DNA from: Lama glama
Taxonomy: Eukaryota
Direction: 5' to 3'
NCBI GenBank assembly: GCA_028534125.1
Contig: CM052817.1
Coordinates: 80,850,001-80,914,000, forward strand
Length of the DNA stretch: 64,000 bases
Numbering within the stretch: position 1 is the first letter of the stretch; the number at the start of each line of letters is the position of its first letter. Below, piece after piece: positions 1 to 11,949 of the stretch. Position numbers and translations under genes: made by a program. Under the pieces are notes generated by a model. That model had not been told where the DNA came from. It ran no database searches and worked only from the letters and a program-made list of their open reading frames with translations.

Positions 1-1720
1 CAACCCTAATCCATTAGCATATAATCATTTATCAGATTAATCCGAAGGCATGGAAGGTCTGCCCTCGAATGAATTACATAAAATAGCTAAACTGTGAAAC
101 TGAGAAGAGAAGAGAGTATGCACAACAAGGTGAGGAAGGCAGGAGTGCATGTTGATTACCAGGCAGCCAGGGGCTTCTCTGCCAGGCAAGATAGAGGAGT
201 CTGGGAAGTGGACCCCGAATGTGGGATTTATAGGCACATATGGATCCCTTGCAAAAGACAAAATAGTGGACTTTGTTTTTTTGGCTTAGGGTGACTCCAA
301 TAAAAACAAACGAAGTCTACAGCATGCAATGTTGTACTTACTGAATATTTTGATAACCAACTTTGAAACTAAACAGATTATTTGCAAACTGATGCTAATG
401 GACTGGGATTATTAAAAGGCTATATTCCCCACCCCCCTGCCCAAGAATAAAGACTCTGTCTTCTTCTTCCTTTCTCTCTCTCTCCCACCCCCTTTTCCAT
501 CTTTGGAAAAAAAAAATCAGCAGAGCGTAGCCAACATGTTGACATTCAGACCACATCAGGTACAGCATAGTACTTGCATAATAGGACTGTCAGTGATTTC
601 TCCAGTGGGCAGACAGTAACTACGGGTGCCTCTCTGAAAGAAGTAGTTCCTAATTACTACATTGGTTTAGTGCTCATCTCTGTCTGCCCAAAGTTTCAGG
701 GAGCCCAAGGGAGTGGCTCTCTTTTGCTCTGTTGAGAAAGCCATGTTTCTGGACCATTGTGCTGTCTGCCTCACTTGTTGACAACACTGGATTTCCGTGG
801 GGACAATCTTGGTTTTTTTACGTAGAGAAAGGGGTACAGTACTTGAGGAAGCAGTGGGTTCCTTAACTTCAGTATTAAAGGAAGGGCTGGGAAAGTTTCA
901 AGGGTAAGAGAGAACACTGGGAATTTTCTGTCACAAATTCTCATATTTAACTTGAATACAACCTGAGCAAGGGTGACAAGATGTACTAAGCTTTAGGAAT
1001 AGCCATTCATATCTCATTTCTTAAGACTTGGGTAGCTTATCAAAAAGTAATTAATGTGGAGTACAGAGAATACCTGATGGGTACAGAGAATGACCTACTG
1101 GGTAGAGGATTTTGCCTTGGAAGAGCCTTCTTAATGGGATTTTACATGTTTAAAAGGCTAACAACTTCTTACAAAACCATTCTAGTCATTTTCCAAACAT
1201 AAGCTTAGGTACTCAATGTGAAAATTTACATTTATAAATTCACATTTATAAATATAAATGCTGAATTTAGGAAGGAGAATTCAAAGCAGCTGCACTGAAA
1301 ATAGTTATTTTTGTTTATATGCAATTTTTATACTGAGAAGATGCATTGTAGCTGGCATGAATGTCTTAGCCCCCAACTTCTTCTAACAGCCTTTCTGAAT
1401 GATTTTCTTTTTTCTCTGCTCCTTATCTTCCTAAGATAGATAATTTGGAAGGTAAAAAAGAGATGCATATGTTGCAGGGTACTTTCTATTGTACACTATG
1501 TTGATGGGGGATTTGGCCTGGTTTATGATCATTGCATGTGGTACTGAGCTTGTTTGCAGTTCTGTGTACAATCAATTGACCTATTATATCTACTAAGCAT
1601 CTTTGGCAATAAGATAAATGATAAAAGATAGTCTATGTGAAGATATATTCAAAGATTGGAAAACTGATTGTGTGAATTAAGTCAGCAACAGTACTGGCAG
1701 AAACCAATGGGAATTAAGAC

Positions 1721-1740
1721 GTGTGTGTGTGTGTGTGTGT
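1721..1740. repeat. (GT)10 microsatellite
   Basis: Perfect gtgtgt... run read directly. Confidence 0.97.
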
Positions 1741-1969
1741 ACACATCTCACTTTCAAAACGTAAGAACTTCCCAGAGGCCACACACTCTTTGAAGCTCCT
1801 CAGAATACGGAAACTGAAGCAACGTCAGCATGGTTACCCATGACCCTCATGTATAAAAGAGACTTGTAACAGCAAGCACCCAGTCTGGCCTGTGGAGTTC
1901 AGATCTAGGTTAACTCACCAAAAGCCCGTTCACCAAATGACCAGGCTCCAATTCACATCTACTTTCTTA

Positions 1970-2500
1970 AGTGATCTGGCCCCTCGTCGCCTCTCCGAGC
2001 CCACTGCTCTGCTCCCTCTCTCCCAGTCTCCTCAGACTCCTGACACACACCAGGAATCTTCTGTCTTTAAATACACTGCACTTTTGTTTTCCTTGCTTGA
2101 AATGCTCTTCCTCAAGATAGCTTCATTTGTATCTCCCTCACCTGCTTCATCTCTTTCCTAAAATGTCATTTTCTCAGGGAGAACTTCTTTGATGATTTTG
2201 TTTACATTTGCCACCCCTGACCCTACACTCTCTATTTCCTTCTATGCTGAAATTTTTCTCCTGAGCATTGTTGTCATTGTATCTAATGCCAATATAACCT
2301 ATCTATGTATTTAACATCTATGTCCATTTGTCTGTTTATATCTATCTACATTTATCTACCTAGTTTATTGTGTGACTTCCTCAGAAGATTGGAAGATCCT
2401 TGAGGAGGTAGTTATTTACTTGCTCATTTGTATATAACCGGAGCCTAGAATAGTCCCTGGATCATAGTAAAATATCCAATTACCCTTCATTAAAGAAAGA
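1970..2500 (+). mobile_element. L2 LINE 3' fragment, decayed
   Basis: L2-type tracts tgatctggccc and aaatgtcattttctcaggga; 3' end gagcctagaatagtccctggatcatagtaa resembles consensus gcctagcacagtgcctggcacatagtag. Confidence 0.75.
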
Positions 2501-4379
2501 AACTGCTAAAACATCTACTGGTAGCCTTGTATTCACTGGTTTCTTTGCTCACCATTGCTTTCCATGGTATAGGATTCTCAACTTTCCTTTTTCTTTTTCT
2601 CTCTCTTTGTCTCCCCTTTCAGAACCAATTCCTTTATTTAAGCAAAGCAGTTTAGGAATCATTTTTTTTTTTTTTTTGGCTTGAGGATTCCCTTGGATTC
2701 TTACACCCAACTCCAAGAACGTTTTTCAAGTTTTTCTTCAAAGCAAAGATTGTGGTCTCCCTAAGAAAGATAAACCTTCTTTACTTTCTTTCAGAGTATG
2801 AAATATTAAATATAATTATCTAGTTAAGTAAGCAGAACCAAGTCAAACAATAATGAGAAGTAAAAATTACATTAATTTCCAGATTCCAGATTAGAACTCT
2901 AAATAAATTTCCTTTTTCCAAAAAGTCTCTTTGTGTATGTAGAAAAGCATGAGATAACCTTTCACAGCATTGTATTTCCTGGGAATAGCATCTAAAATGA
3001 GATCATGTTGAATAATATTAGCCATGACACTTTAAAATAGAACACTAGTGGAAGATATTTCAGGAGAGTATTGAGACCCATTCATAGAGACTAGATTATG
3101 CAAAAATGTTATTAGAATGATTTGAGGGAAGATAGGTAGCACGTAAGTGGATTTAACAAATGGTATTAAATTGTGAGGTGTTATAAACATCACACATGTC
3201 AGAGACTCGAGGCAAATGGATTTTAGAGAACCAGAATACATACGGGAATTTAATAATTCAACATGGACAAAATGGAGTTAAAACCAGAGGGATGAAAGTC
3301 ATACAAAAGGCATCCATTTGAAAGTTAGTTCATAGAATATATTAGTTCCAGGGGAGTTTTAAAAATGATAACATCATAGTGAACTAAAAATGAATCTTCA
3401 GTGAAAGTGCTTCTTTAAAGGCTAAAATGCAGAGAATGCCACAGTGATTGTCAATCTTTTCAATGGGAATTGGGTGAGAAGATCTTATTTTACTGAACAT
3501 GTTTTTCATAATTAAAATTATGTTTCTAGACTGCTATAAATGTATTTTCAGAAAAGATAAAAGAATGATAATTATTCCAGTGGCCTCAATTCTGTTCTTT
3601 TATTAGAGTTCTTTCTAAATGTCCTAATAACAAATTGGATTCAATTTTGGATCAGGATAAATGGTGGGAAGAACTACAAATTTAGACAGAAAGTTAGGCC
3701 ATCTGAATTATATAAATCAATATTTATACATTAATCTGAAAACAATGGCAGGAACAATGTGCTTAGGGTAAACTTTGTCACACAGTAATTCTGGGTAAGA
3801 AGAACCTCTTCTTTATAGAAACCAAAACCACAAGAATTGCCAGTTCCAAATTCTATTTCTTTTGTGGCTAATACTGATCGAAGAAGTACAAGGAATGTAG
3901 AAAATGCTATTTCCTGAAGAGGATTATTTCTTTTTTTTTTTTAAAGAAATATTTATTTTTTATGTAGATACATGTCTGAAAGATCAGAATAAAGAGTTTT
4001 AAAAAATGGATTATTAATAGAAAATTTGACTTTTTGCCTCTGATTTCAAAAAGAAGATGCAGATGAATGACACCAAAATACAGTATTGTTAAATTTAAGG
4101 ATGTATTCTGTGGACATCTTTTAAAAGATTGTTCTTTACATATGACTTTCTAAGTGTGATGTTTTTCACACCACAATACACATAGGCTTGAATTTGCCTT
4201 CCTTCATACTTAACTAGAAATTTTTGTGTTCAACTAGTTAATATAATAGCATTAAAGGACACTGTTCTTTCTTCACCCCATGTGTAGGATGAAGTTAATG
4301 AATATTTAATTCAGGGCAGCACTCAAGAGGTCTTAGGTTCATTTAGAAAAGCCAGCATCTCATAACTGTATTACTATCT

Positions 4380-4870
4380 GGCGAATGTGCCTTATCACAG
4401 TGTGTCTGCGTTTTTGCTGTTCGTTTCCTTGTGATAAAATTCCTGGGCAGAGCAAGTCTTCGGAAGTAAGCCCATGGGGCTGCCTGGCAAGTTTATTTTG
4501 GGAAGGAAATAATTAATTTAGAACTATTACTGCAAGAGTCCTTATCGAGCTCATTTCCTCATCTAATGCTTCACAAGCTAATATTACATGTTTAGGAGCA
4601 ACTTCAAAGGACCAGAACTGTGCTTTGTAGGTTTTATTAATGTGAAATTTCTCTGAGGGCACCAAGTGTTTGCCATTAACATGACTACAATCCACCGACT
4701 TGCAAACATAGGTCATAAAAGCTGTACCAAAGACCTGCGCTGCTGTAGCCCACGACACTATTAATGCGGTTCTGTTATTGTTAAATTACAAGGGCTGTGG
4801 CTGAGGGTGTAAGTATTGCGTCCACAGTCTTGGTTTTCCTGCACTCCTTCTTCTCCATTATGGTTCGGTG
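4380..4870. promoter_or_regulatory. Candidate enhancer (GATA/ETS/TCF/HOX motif cluster)
   Basis: Non-repeat DNA with ~11 CpGs. CTTATC twice and GATAA, CGGAAGT at 4461, TTCAAAG near 4603, GTCATAAA near 4712. Confidence 0.35.
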
Positions 4871-5489
4871 GATTAAAAATAGTGATTTAGCCCAAGAACA
4901 ATATAGTCAAAACAATGTACTGAGAGCATCCAGTCCACACCCAGGTAATAATAGGGGAATTGTTTTGGGGGGATTTTTTTTTTTTGCATGACACATTGAA
5001 ATGTAGGCTCTTATCTATACAGAGAAACACTGAATGTTCCACAGTAGAACAGCAGAAAAGAAGACATTTAGGAATGCCATATAAGACACTTGAAAGAAAA
5101 AAAGAGTGCTAGCTTCAAGGAGAGAGCCCTGATCCTTCCCAAAATCTCAATTAGAAACATGAGTGACTATATACATCTGTCAAATCAAGATATCTTACTG
5201 CCCATTTCAAGACATGGCAGTGTAACTGCCTTTTGACTGTAAATTGGAGACTATTTTCCTCTGTTATATATTTGACTAGACTCTCAGAGCAGACTAATCT
5301 CTTTGTCTGCCAATAGTAAACCCCATTTGGACAGAAGGAGATCATTTAATTAAATGTGATCTTTACTTGTCTGATATAATTACCTACTTGAACACAATTT
5401 CTTTTCCATTTTAAACTACTACCATTGTGTTCTCTTACAATCACCTCAGGAGGGTTTTTTGTGCTGCTTTGTTTTTTTCTCATGCACTG

Positions 5490-5690
5490 ATTAAACGAGT
5501 TCAGAAAAGTCGGGGAAGAGAAGCGCCCGTTCTCCGGCCGGCGGGGCTGCGGGGACACTCCCGCTGCAAATGAGCTGCAGCTGCTTGTGCTCCACAGCTC
5601 CGTTCCAATGGCCAGAGTGAGAAAACCAAAACATCCCCTGGAATTTGGCTAGCGCTTTAGGAAAAATAGGATAAAAATACGGAAATTAGA
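5490..5690. promoter_or_regulatory. Short GC/CpG-rich cluster, candidate enhancer or weak promoter
   Basis: About a dozen CpGs in ~200 bp of non-repeat DNA (gcgcccgttctccggccggcggggctgcgggg) against a CpG-poor background. E-box CAGCTG near 5578 and CCAAT near 5606. Confidence 0.45.
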
Positions 5691-8090
5691 GGAAAATCAT
5701 TAGCAGTTGTTTGGTTATTTCTCTGTGTCAATAGACTTTTGTTTAATATTTTAGATATTTGAGCAGTACTGTAAGAGCCTTTGTTTAGTTTCCTTCACAT
5801 TAAAAATAGCAAGTTGAGCAGCCAACTTTTCAAAGTGAGGTTATAAATTAGGAAGAAAAGAGAGAAGAAAATGATATGGAACCTCTAAGTTAAATAAACC
5901 CTCTTATCCAATTTAAAGTTCGTAAAGGGAAGAGATACATTATAAGGGGAACTTTTTTCTGTCTTACAGTTAGCTATCAAAATACCTCTATAATTATTAT
6001 TTGTTTAGAACTCAAAACCTTATTAAAAGGGGCATATTTTTAGAGGGGACTCTTCCTTCCAATTAAAACAAAAATTGCCAAACCCTAAAAAAAGATCTGA
6101 CAGGAAAGCAATTTTTTTTTTTACAAATTATTATTTTAAATTCCCATACAGTCCTTTGAAGAAGGTGCTTTGGGAGAGTTGTCCTGAAACTCATGTGCCA
6201 CAGAACTCTAGTATTTTATGAACCAGGTCAGGTTATTTTACTGTAAAAATCAAGTAAAGGGCAATAGTTGAATAGGAAATATCAAAAATGAACTTATGTT
6301 TTTCAATTTTTCAATACCTTTTTTCATTTCCCTACACTCAAATCTAACACAGTATTTGATTTAGCACAGACATACATTTAGTTTATTTAAGTTTGATAAT
6401 TATTTGGTTTAATAAGTTCATTTTTTACGGTGTTCTATAAAATGGCTCACAACAGCCAGGTGCTCTCTCACCTGAATGCAACTAGGAAATGAGTGCATAT
6501 GCCCACGTCCCACCCAGGCTATTTCTTGGGCTCTGTTGTGTTTTAATCTCATGAGGTTTGTAAAGAAATAATAGCCTTAAATCACTAACTCTCAAATCCT
6601 TTAGGGGCAAGCAGAGACCAGTTTGAAAAGAACCACCACCCAAGAGCTCCAGTTTGATCCTAAATGTCCCCAATTCTTTCCTTCTTGAGTTTCCTTTAAA
6701 TCTTCGTATCATTACCACTCATGAGCTCATCTTTCTTATATTTTAAAAAATTAACTTATCTTAAAGATGTAGCTATTTTTCAGAAACGCTTTTCCTCCGA
6801 TTTTCTTATTCCTCTTCTCTTCTTTTTCTCTGTTTTTATCCCTGATTTTTTCTCTTAGAGCTAGTAAAATGCTTATAACTCTTATCCTTTCTTGTCACAG
6901 AATGACAGATTTATCCCCATCTAGTGCTTTCAGGGGTTCTGGATACAGGAGAGTTGATACCCAATTTCTACCAAATATGGAAATAACTAATATATTTTTT
7001 TAGAGGTGGGTATGAAGGTCATTTGCTAGATTTGAAAATGCATTGTAGGACACATTAGGCTGCTATAAACATTGCCTTCTTTGTAGGGAAAAAATTAGCC
7101 AAATATTGCCAGTTTGAACAGACTCATTAATTATAAAATCACACCAGCATTTATCAGAGATGCTCTACTGATTCCCATGTTTTTCACTTCAACAAATTCA
7201 GAAAATACAAATATCTATTTTGAAACAAGTATAGTTAGAATCCTCCCCATCCTAGCTTCCTGAGAAAACCACACTAAGAATAACGTCATTTTCGGTGTTT
7301 AATTCCCTGACGTGCCGTTTCACAATTGCATGTGGTTTTCCTAAAACTTCAGTTGTTTTCCGTTATTACCCTAAATAGATGGAAACTCATAACATCACTT
7401 GCTGATTTTAGTTAAAGTTTAGTACTAAATGTACTTGAGAAAAAAAGTGTATGTATTTTACAATGAGATAACTGTGAAAGCTTTGGCCCCATAGACTGGC
7501 ATGTCTGATAATGCCACATTTCAGCAACTTCATGAGCAAAATCCAATTTTCTCTCCTGTGGTTTTGATGATTCATAGGTCCCTTCCTGCCTCTGGATCAA
7601 GATCATATTTTATCAAGAATCTTGTAATACCTTCCCTTGTTCAGTAGTGAATTGCTTCCTGCGATGTTCTGTTTCTTGATAACACCTGTACCAAGCCATT
7701 GAAGCAGTTTACAGAGCAATACTTGAAAAAAGATTCTTGTCTCTTCACCTGAATGGAAGGAACATTTCACCTAAACTGGAAAAACATTGCTTATAAAGCC
7801 AAACTTACTCTTAACCTCATCTACATATAATTTTGGTTATATTACTAAAATTAGTTACTATAGTGAAAAAATTTCATGTGCATATCACACTGAAAATTGA
7901 ACCCTTGGCTCAAGATATCTTATTTCTATGTCATTTATCACAGTAGTTTCATGAGACCATATATTTCCTAAACTTGGAGGAAAAATAGTTTAAAATATTT
8001 TTATTGGTATACAATGTTTGCAGTGCCAGATTATAATGAATAACTTCATCTTTGAGAATGGTCAAAAATAAACTGTGAAAGTATGCCAGA

Positions 8091-8145
8091 TCTATCCATC
8101 CATTCATCTATCCATTCATCCGTCCTGCCCACCCATCATCCATCC
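8091..8145. repeat. Degenerate (TCCA)n simple repeat
   Basis: tctatccatccattcatctatccattcatcc...catcatccatcc. Confidence 0.8.
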
Positions 8146-8694
8146 TTTATTCTCATATTCTCTATGTGAAGATATTTGAGACTGAGGACTGGGGGAGAGC
8201 ATATCACATTTTCTGCAGAGCTGAAGAAAAGGCATGGAGGTTGGCATTAGACTGCAAAATGGAAGTTGGAACATAATTCTACATTGAAGGATGTGGTCAT
8301 TAAAACTCAGGAAAGGGGAAACAGAATAAAACACATCATTTGTTGAAAGAAAGTCCACTTAAAAACAAGAATTACTGCAATTGTACGTTCACAAACATAT
8401 GTGAAATGCATCACAAATGTACTCAATAATTACTTTCCTCCAGAAATAGCTAGTATGCAACACAGAAGCCCTCTGACATCAGCCCTCTGCTTTTCTAATA
8501 GGAAATAAATCTTTGTAACTGCTGAGAGATAAAGGAGGAATTATCAGAAGAGACTAAATATCCAAATCAAGGTCCATAGGATAAAAAATACATTAAAAAT
8601 AAGAAGCTTCTCTGGTAAAAATAAAGAAAACAGATGGAAAAAGCAATCCACATTTTAAAATGACAGTAAGTTGAGACTGATTCAAGAAAGAAAA

Positions 8695-8895
8695 ATACAG
8701 AATTTGGACTTAGAACTGGGTAAGAAATCTCTTGCTTTGTCTATGTTTGTACACTCAGGTAAATTATTTAAATGTATTCTAATGTATACATATATTTAAT
8801 TGTCAAGTGGATCTAAATGTTTTCTCATGATTAAATGAGATAATGTATGAAAAATAATTAGGGTTTTGTCTGAAAAGGCACTCGATAGATATTAA
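8695..8895 (+). mobile_element. MIR SINE remnant
   Basis: MIR 3' motif gattaaatgagataatgtatgaaaa. Confidence 0.5.
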
Positions 8896-9839
8896 ATTTC
8901 TTCTTCTTCTTCTTCCTAATTCCCTGGAGATTGTTTATTATTGCTTTAAAAATTTCTAAAATTGATTGCTGATGTTCATTCTTTCTTTTTAATCATGAAG
9001 GATTTTATAACTATGGCTTTGTCTTTAAAATCATCTCACTTTTGTTATGTTTTAGCTTTGGCTTTGTCCTTTATTTGTTTAGTTTTGGTTCTGTCCTTTA
9101 TTGCATTGTGGCCAGAGGAGAAGGACTGTGCAACTTCCACTTTAGGTCATTTATCTGAGATTACTTTTCTGCCCTCCATGTGCATTTGCTATCTGTGCAT
9201 ACACTGTTCGTATTCACCAGATTCTTGGCACTCTCTTATCTAATGTTTATGTTATTGACATTTATGAGTGTCCCTTAAGTTACATAACATACAGTATTTT
9301 TCAGTTTTTCTGAGGCCTAAATTTGTCATAAACTTAATGTCGTAAAACTAGAGGATCAGGAAATGGTAACTGGGAAGTAAATAGACCTAGTTGTCCAACA
9401 GAGTAGCTTAACTTCAACAGAGGCGGGAGCTTTCTGAGGGCTGTCGGGTACACCACAGATCTCATTAGGTGCAAATAATTACAAAATATTCTCAGTTGTG
9501 CAATAGTATAGTTTGTAAAAGAGATTATATTCTATAGGGCTTTCCCCCCTCAAGTTTGTAGAGTAAGAACACACTTGAAATTGTGTATGTCGAATAAATC
9601 TTATCAATTTATTATAGTTTTCTGAGTTTATAGTTTTTATTTGCTCTACAAGGGATAAAGATGCTTCAGACCTTTCTCAGAAATAGTACTACTGTCAATT
9701 TTTCCTTATTTTCAAATTCTTTTTGTCTTATGGGTAAAGACTTGTATGGTCCATAAATGCACATGTACAACATTTTGTTATTTGACACATTGCTTCCAGA
9801 GTCACATTTTTTGGAGGATTTTAACTCTTTAAGAATGTA

Positions 9840-10610
9840 AAATAACTCTTTTATTCTAGATTTTGGAAGTTGGCCTTAATTTCTTCTTTATCTGATTTAA
9901 TACTGCCTCTTGGTTTTCTTGTTTTTATTTTTTTAACTTCATAAATATACTAGTATCTTTTTCTTGGTAACGATTTGTATTATTTTCAAGATATAGTTAT
10001 TTTAAATAACTGATTGTTGGATTATGTTTTAAAGGGAAATCTGAGTGTTCTTTTTTAATTTTAAATTAAAACATTTAAAATGAGCAATGCATTCAAATGA
10101 CACAAAATCTAAAATGTACACAGTGGTATATAGTGAAGAGCCTTCCTCCTAATATTACCGTCTGGATCCAGTTTTCCCTTGTTAAGACATGGTTATCAGT
10201 TTCTCTTGTTATCAATTTCCCGTGTATCTTTCAAGAGATAATTTATGACTCTGTAAGCCAGTGTACAGACATACATTATTTTGCACACATGAATACACAT
10301 GCACAGGCACACACATTATTCCTGCGTCTGGCCTTTTTCTTCCCTTAAAATTAACTTTATAGATTATTCCACATCAGTACATAATGAGTCTCTTCATTCT
10401 TTCATGGCTGCTTAGAATTCCATTTTGTATGCAGGCACAATTTATTCACCATTCCATAGATGTACACTTAGGTTCTTTTCAGTGTTTTGATATTACAATT
10501 TTGCAGTGAATAACCTTCTATATACCCTTCTTTCCATGTTACTAATGTATCTATAAAATCCTATAGCTGAAATTGCAAAGTCAAGGGGCATTTATAATTT
10601 CTTTGTCAGA
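9840..10610 (-). mobile_element. Old L1 (L1ME-type) fragments, mainly 3' UTR
   Basis: T-rich antisense L1 3' UTR motifs: tcattctttcatggctgcttagaattccatt and ttaggttcttttcagtgttttgatattaca...gcagtgaataacct. Confidence 0.7.
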
Positions 10611-10680
10611 GAATGTATGTTATTTTTTTCCATTCTTGAGTCAGTAATACACCACAAATTACAGAATTCAAAGGAAACAA

Positions 10681-11198
10681 TAGGGTAGGCAGAGAAATTG
10701 CTCCTCCTCTCCCTCCCCTAAAGATGTCCACATCTCAAGAACCTTTGAATATGTAACCTTACATGGATAAAAGAACTTTGCAGGTGTGACTAAAGTTGAG
10801 GACCTTGAGACGAGGAGATCATTCTGGATCATTTGGATGAGCTTGATTTAATCATACAAAATCCTTGAACTAGAGAGTGTTTTCTGGCTGCAGTTAGTGA
10901 GAGACTTGAAGATAGATGGACAGTCAGAGAGATGAGATGTTGCTGTCTTTGAAAGCAGAGAAAGGGGACCACAAGCCAAGGAATACACGTGGCCTTTAGA
11001 AGCTTGAAAAGACAAGAAAATGGATTTCCCCTGGAGCCTGCTGAAAGGTAATCAGCCCTCCTGACACCTTGCTTTTAACTCAGTGAGAAGTGAGACCTTC
11101 TCAGACTTCTGACCTACAATATTGTACGATAATAAACCTGTGCTGTTTTGGTCCCCCACATTGGTGGCAATTTGTTAAAGCAGCATAGAAAATTAAGA
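10681..11198 (+). mobile_element. MaLR solo LTR, MLT1D-like
   Basis: ~515 bp. Starts ...ggtaggcaga; contains aaagatgtccacat, gaatatgtaaccttacatgg, agccaaggaat and cagacttctgacctac, then AATAAA and end aatttgttaaagcagcatagaaaa. Confidence 0.88.
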
Positions 11199-11404
11199 AA
11201 GGTGGAAAAGAGAAGGAGTACTTCACATACTCCCTCTCCTAAATAAACAACTCGTTCCTCTCACTAGATGGAACTTCATCTCACTGTATGGGGCCCCCTT
11301 ACATGTTTTCTGAGACACTCTAGACATTCATAAGCCTTTACATACCATGTGTCATGGGTTCATTTGTAAGTGTGAAATTAGGATGCATCTTACAATCAAG
11401 TGAA

Positions 11405-11770
11405 ATTGAGTTCTTCTCAAGAGGACTTACATTCGCTTCTGCCAGTCACCTGAGGTGTTATCAACCTGAGACTACTTCAAATTAAATTACCGAGGTTAAA
11501 ACTCTTTGGTTTTTTTGAACAACATCAGTGATGTGAATTCAGTCCACAAAGCCTGCATGAGTACTGGCTTGTGGTTCGAATTCCAGTAGGAGATGATTTT
11601 TCCCTTTCCAGATCGTGTCAAATTTGAGACATGCTAGTTTTCCTGCTATTTCTCTGCCTACTGGGTTTACTTTTCATTTACCCACTAGTGAGGATGTAGC
11701 AGTTTGGCTATAGCTGTATGTGTGTGTCATCAATTAGATTCTCAGTCTTGGTTGTTTATTCTTTCTCCTT
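11405..11770 (-). mobile_element. Old L1 5'-region fragment (L1M-type)
   Basis: gcttctgccagtcacctgagg...acttcaaattaaatt...tgtgaattcag...ggcttgtggtt matches my recall of ancient L1 5' sequence. Confidence 0.5.
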
Positions 11771-11949
11771 ATATGAATTGCAAATTGCAATGGATAGTCT
11801 CTTAGATTTGATGAAATGTACTGTGTAAGAATTTCATTCAGTGGGAAGATCTGTGTTTTCTTCTGTGCTGTAGTCTTTGATGATCAAAAGGTTTGTCAAG
11901 TTGTTGGTTAAAAGAGAGATAGCAGGCATCATTGCAACCATTCATATTA

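Noticed and set aside
7490..7690. Minus-strand peptide HRRKQFTTEQGKVLQDS faintly like a homeodomain N-terminus
   Set aside because: Followed at once by stop codons and no WFQN-type helix 3 in any frame I read; likely coincidence. A tblastn/HMMER homeodomain hit would reopen it.
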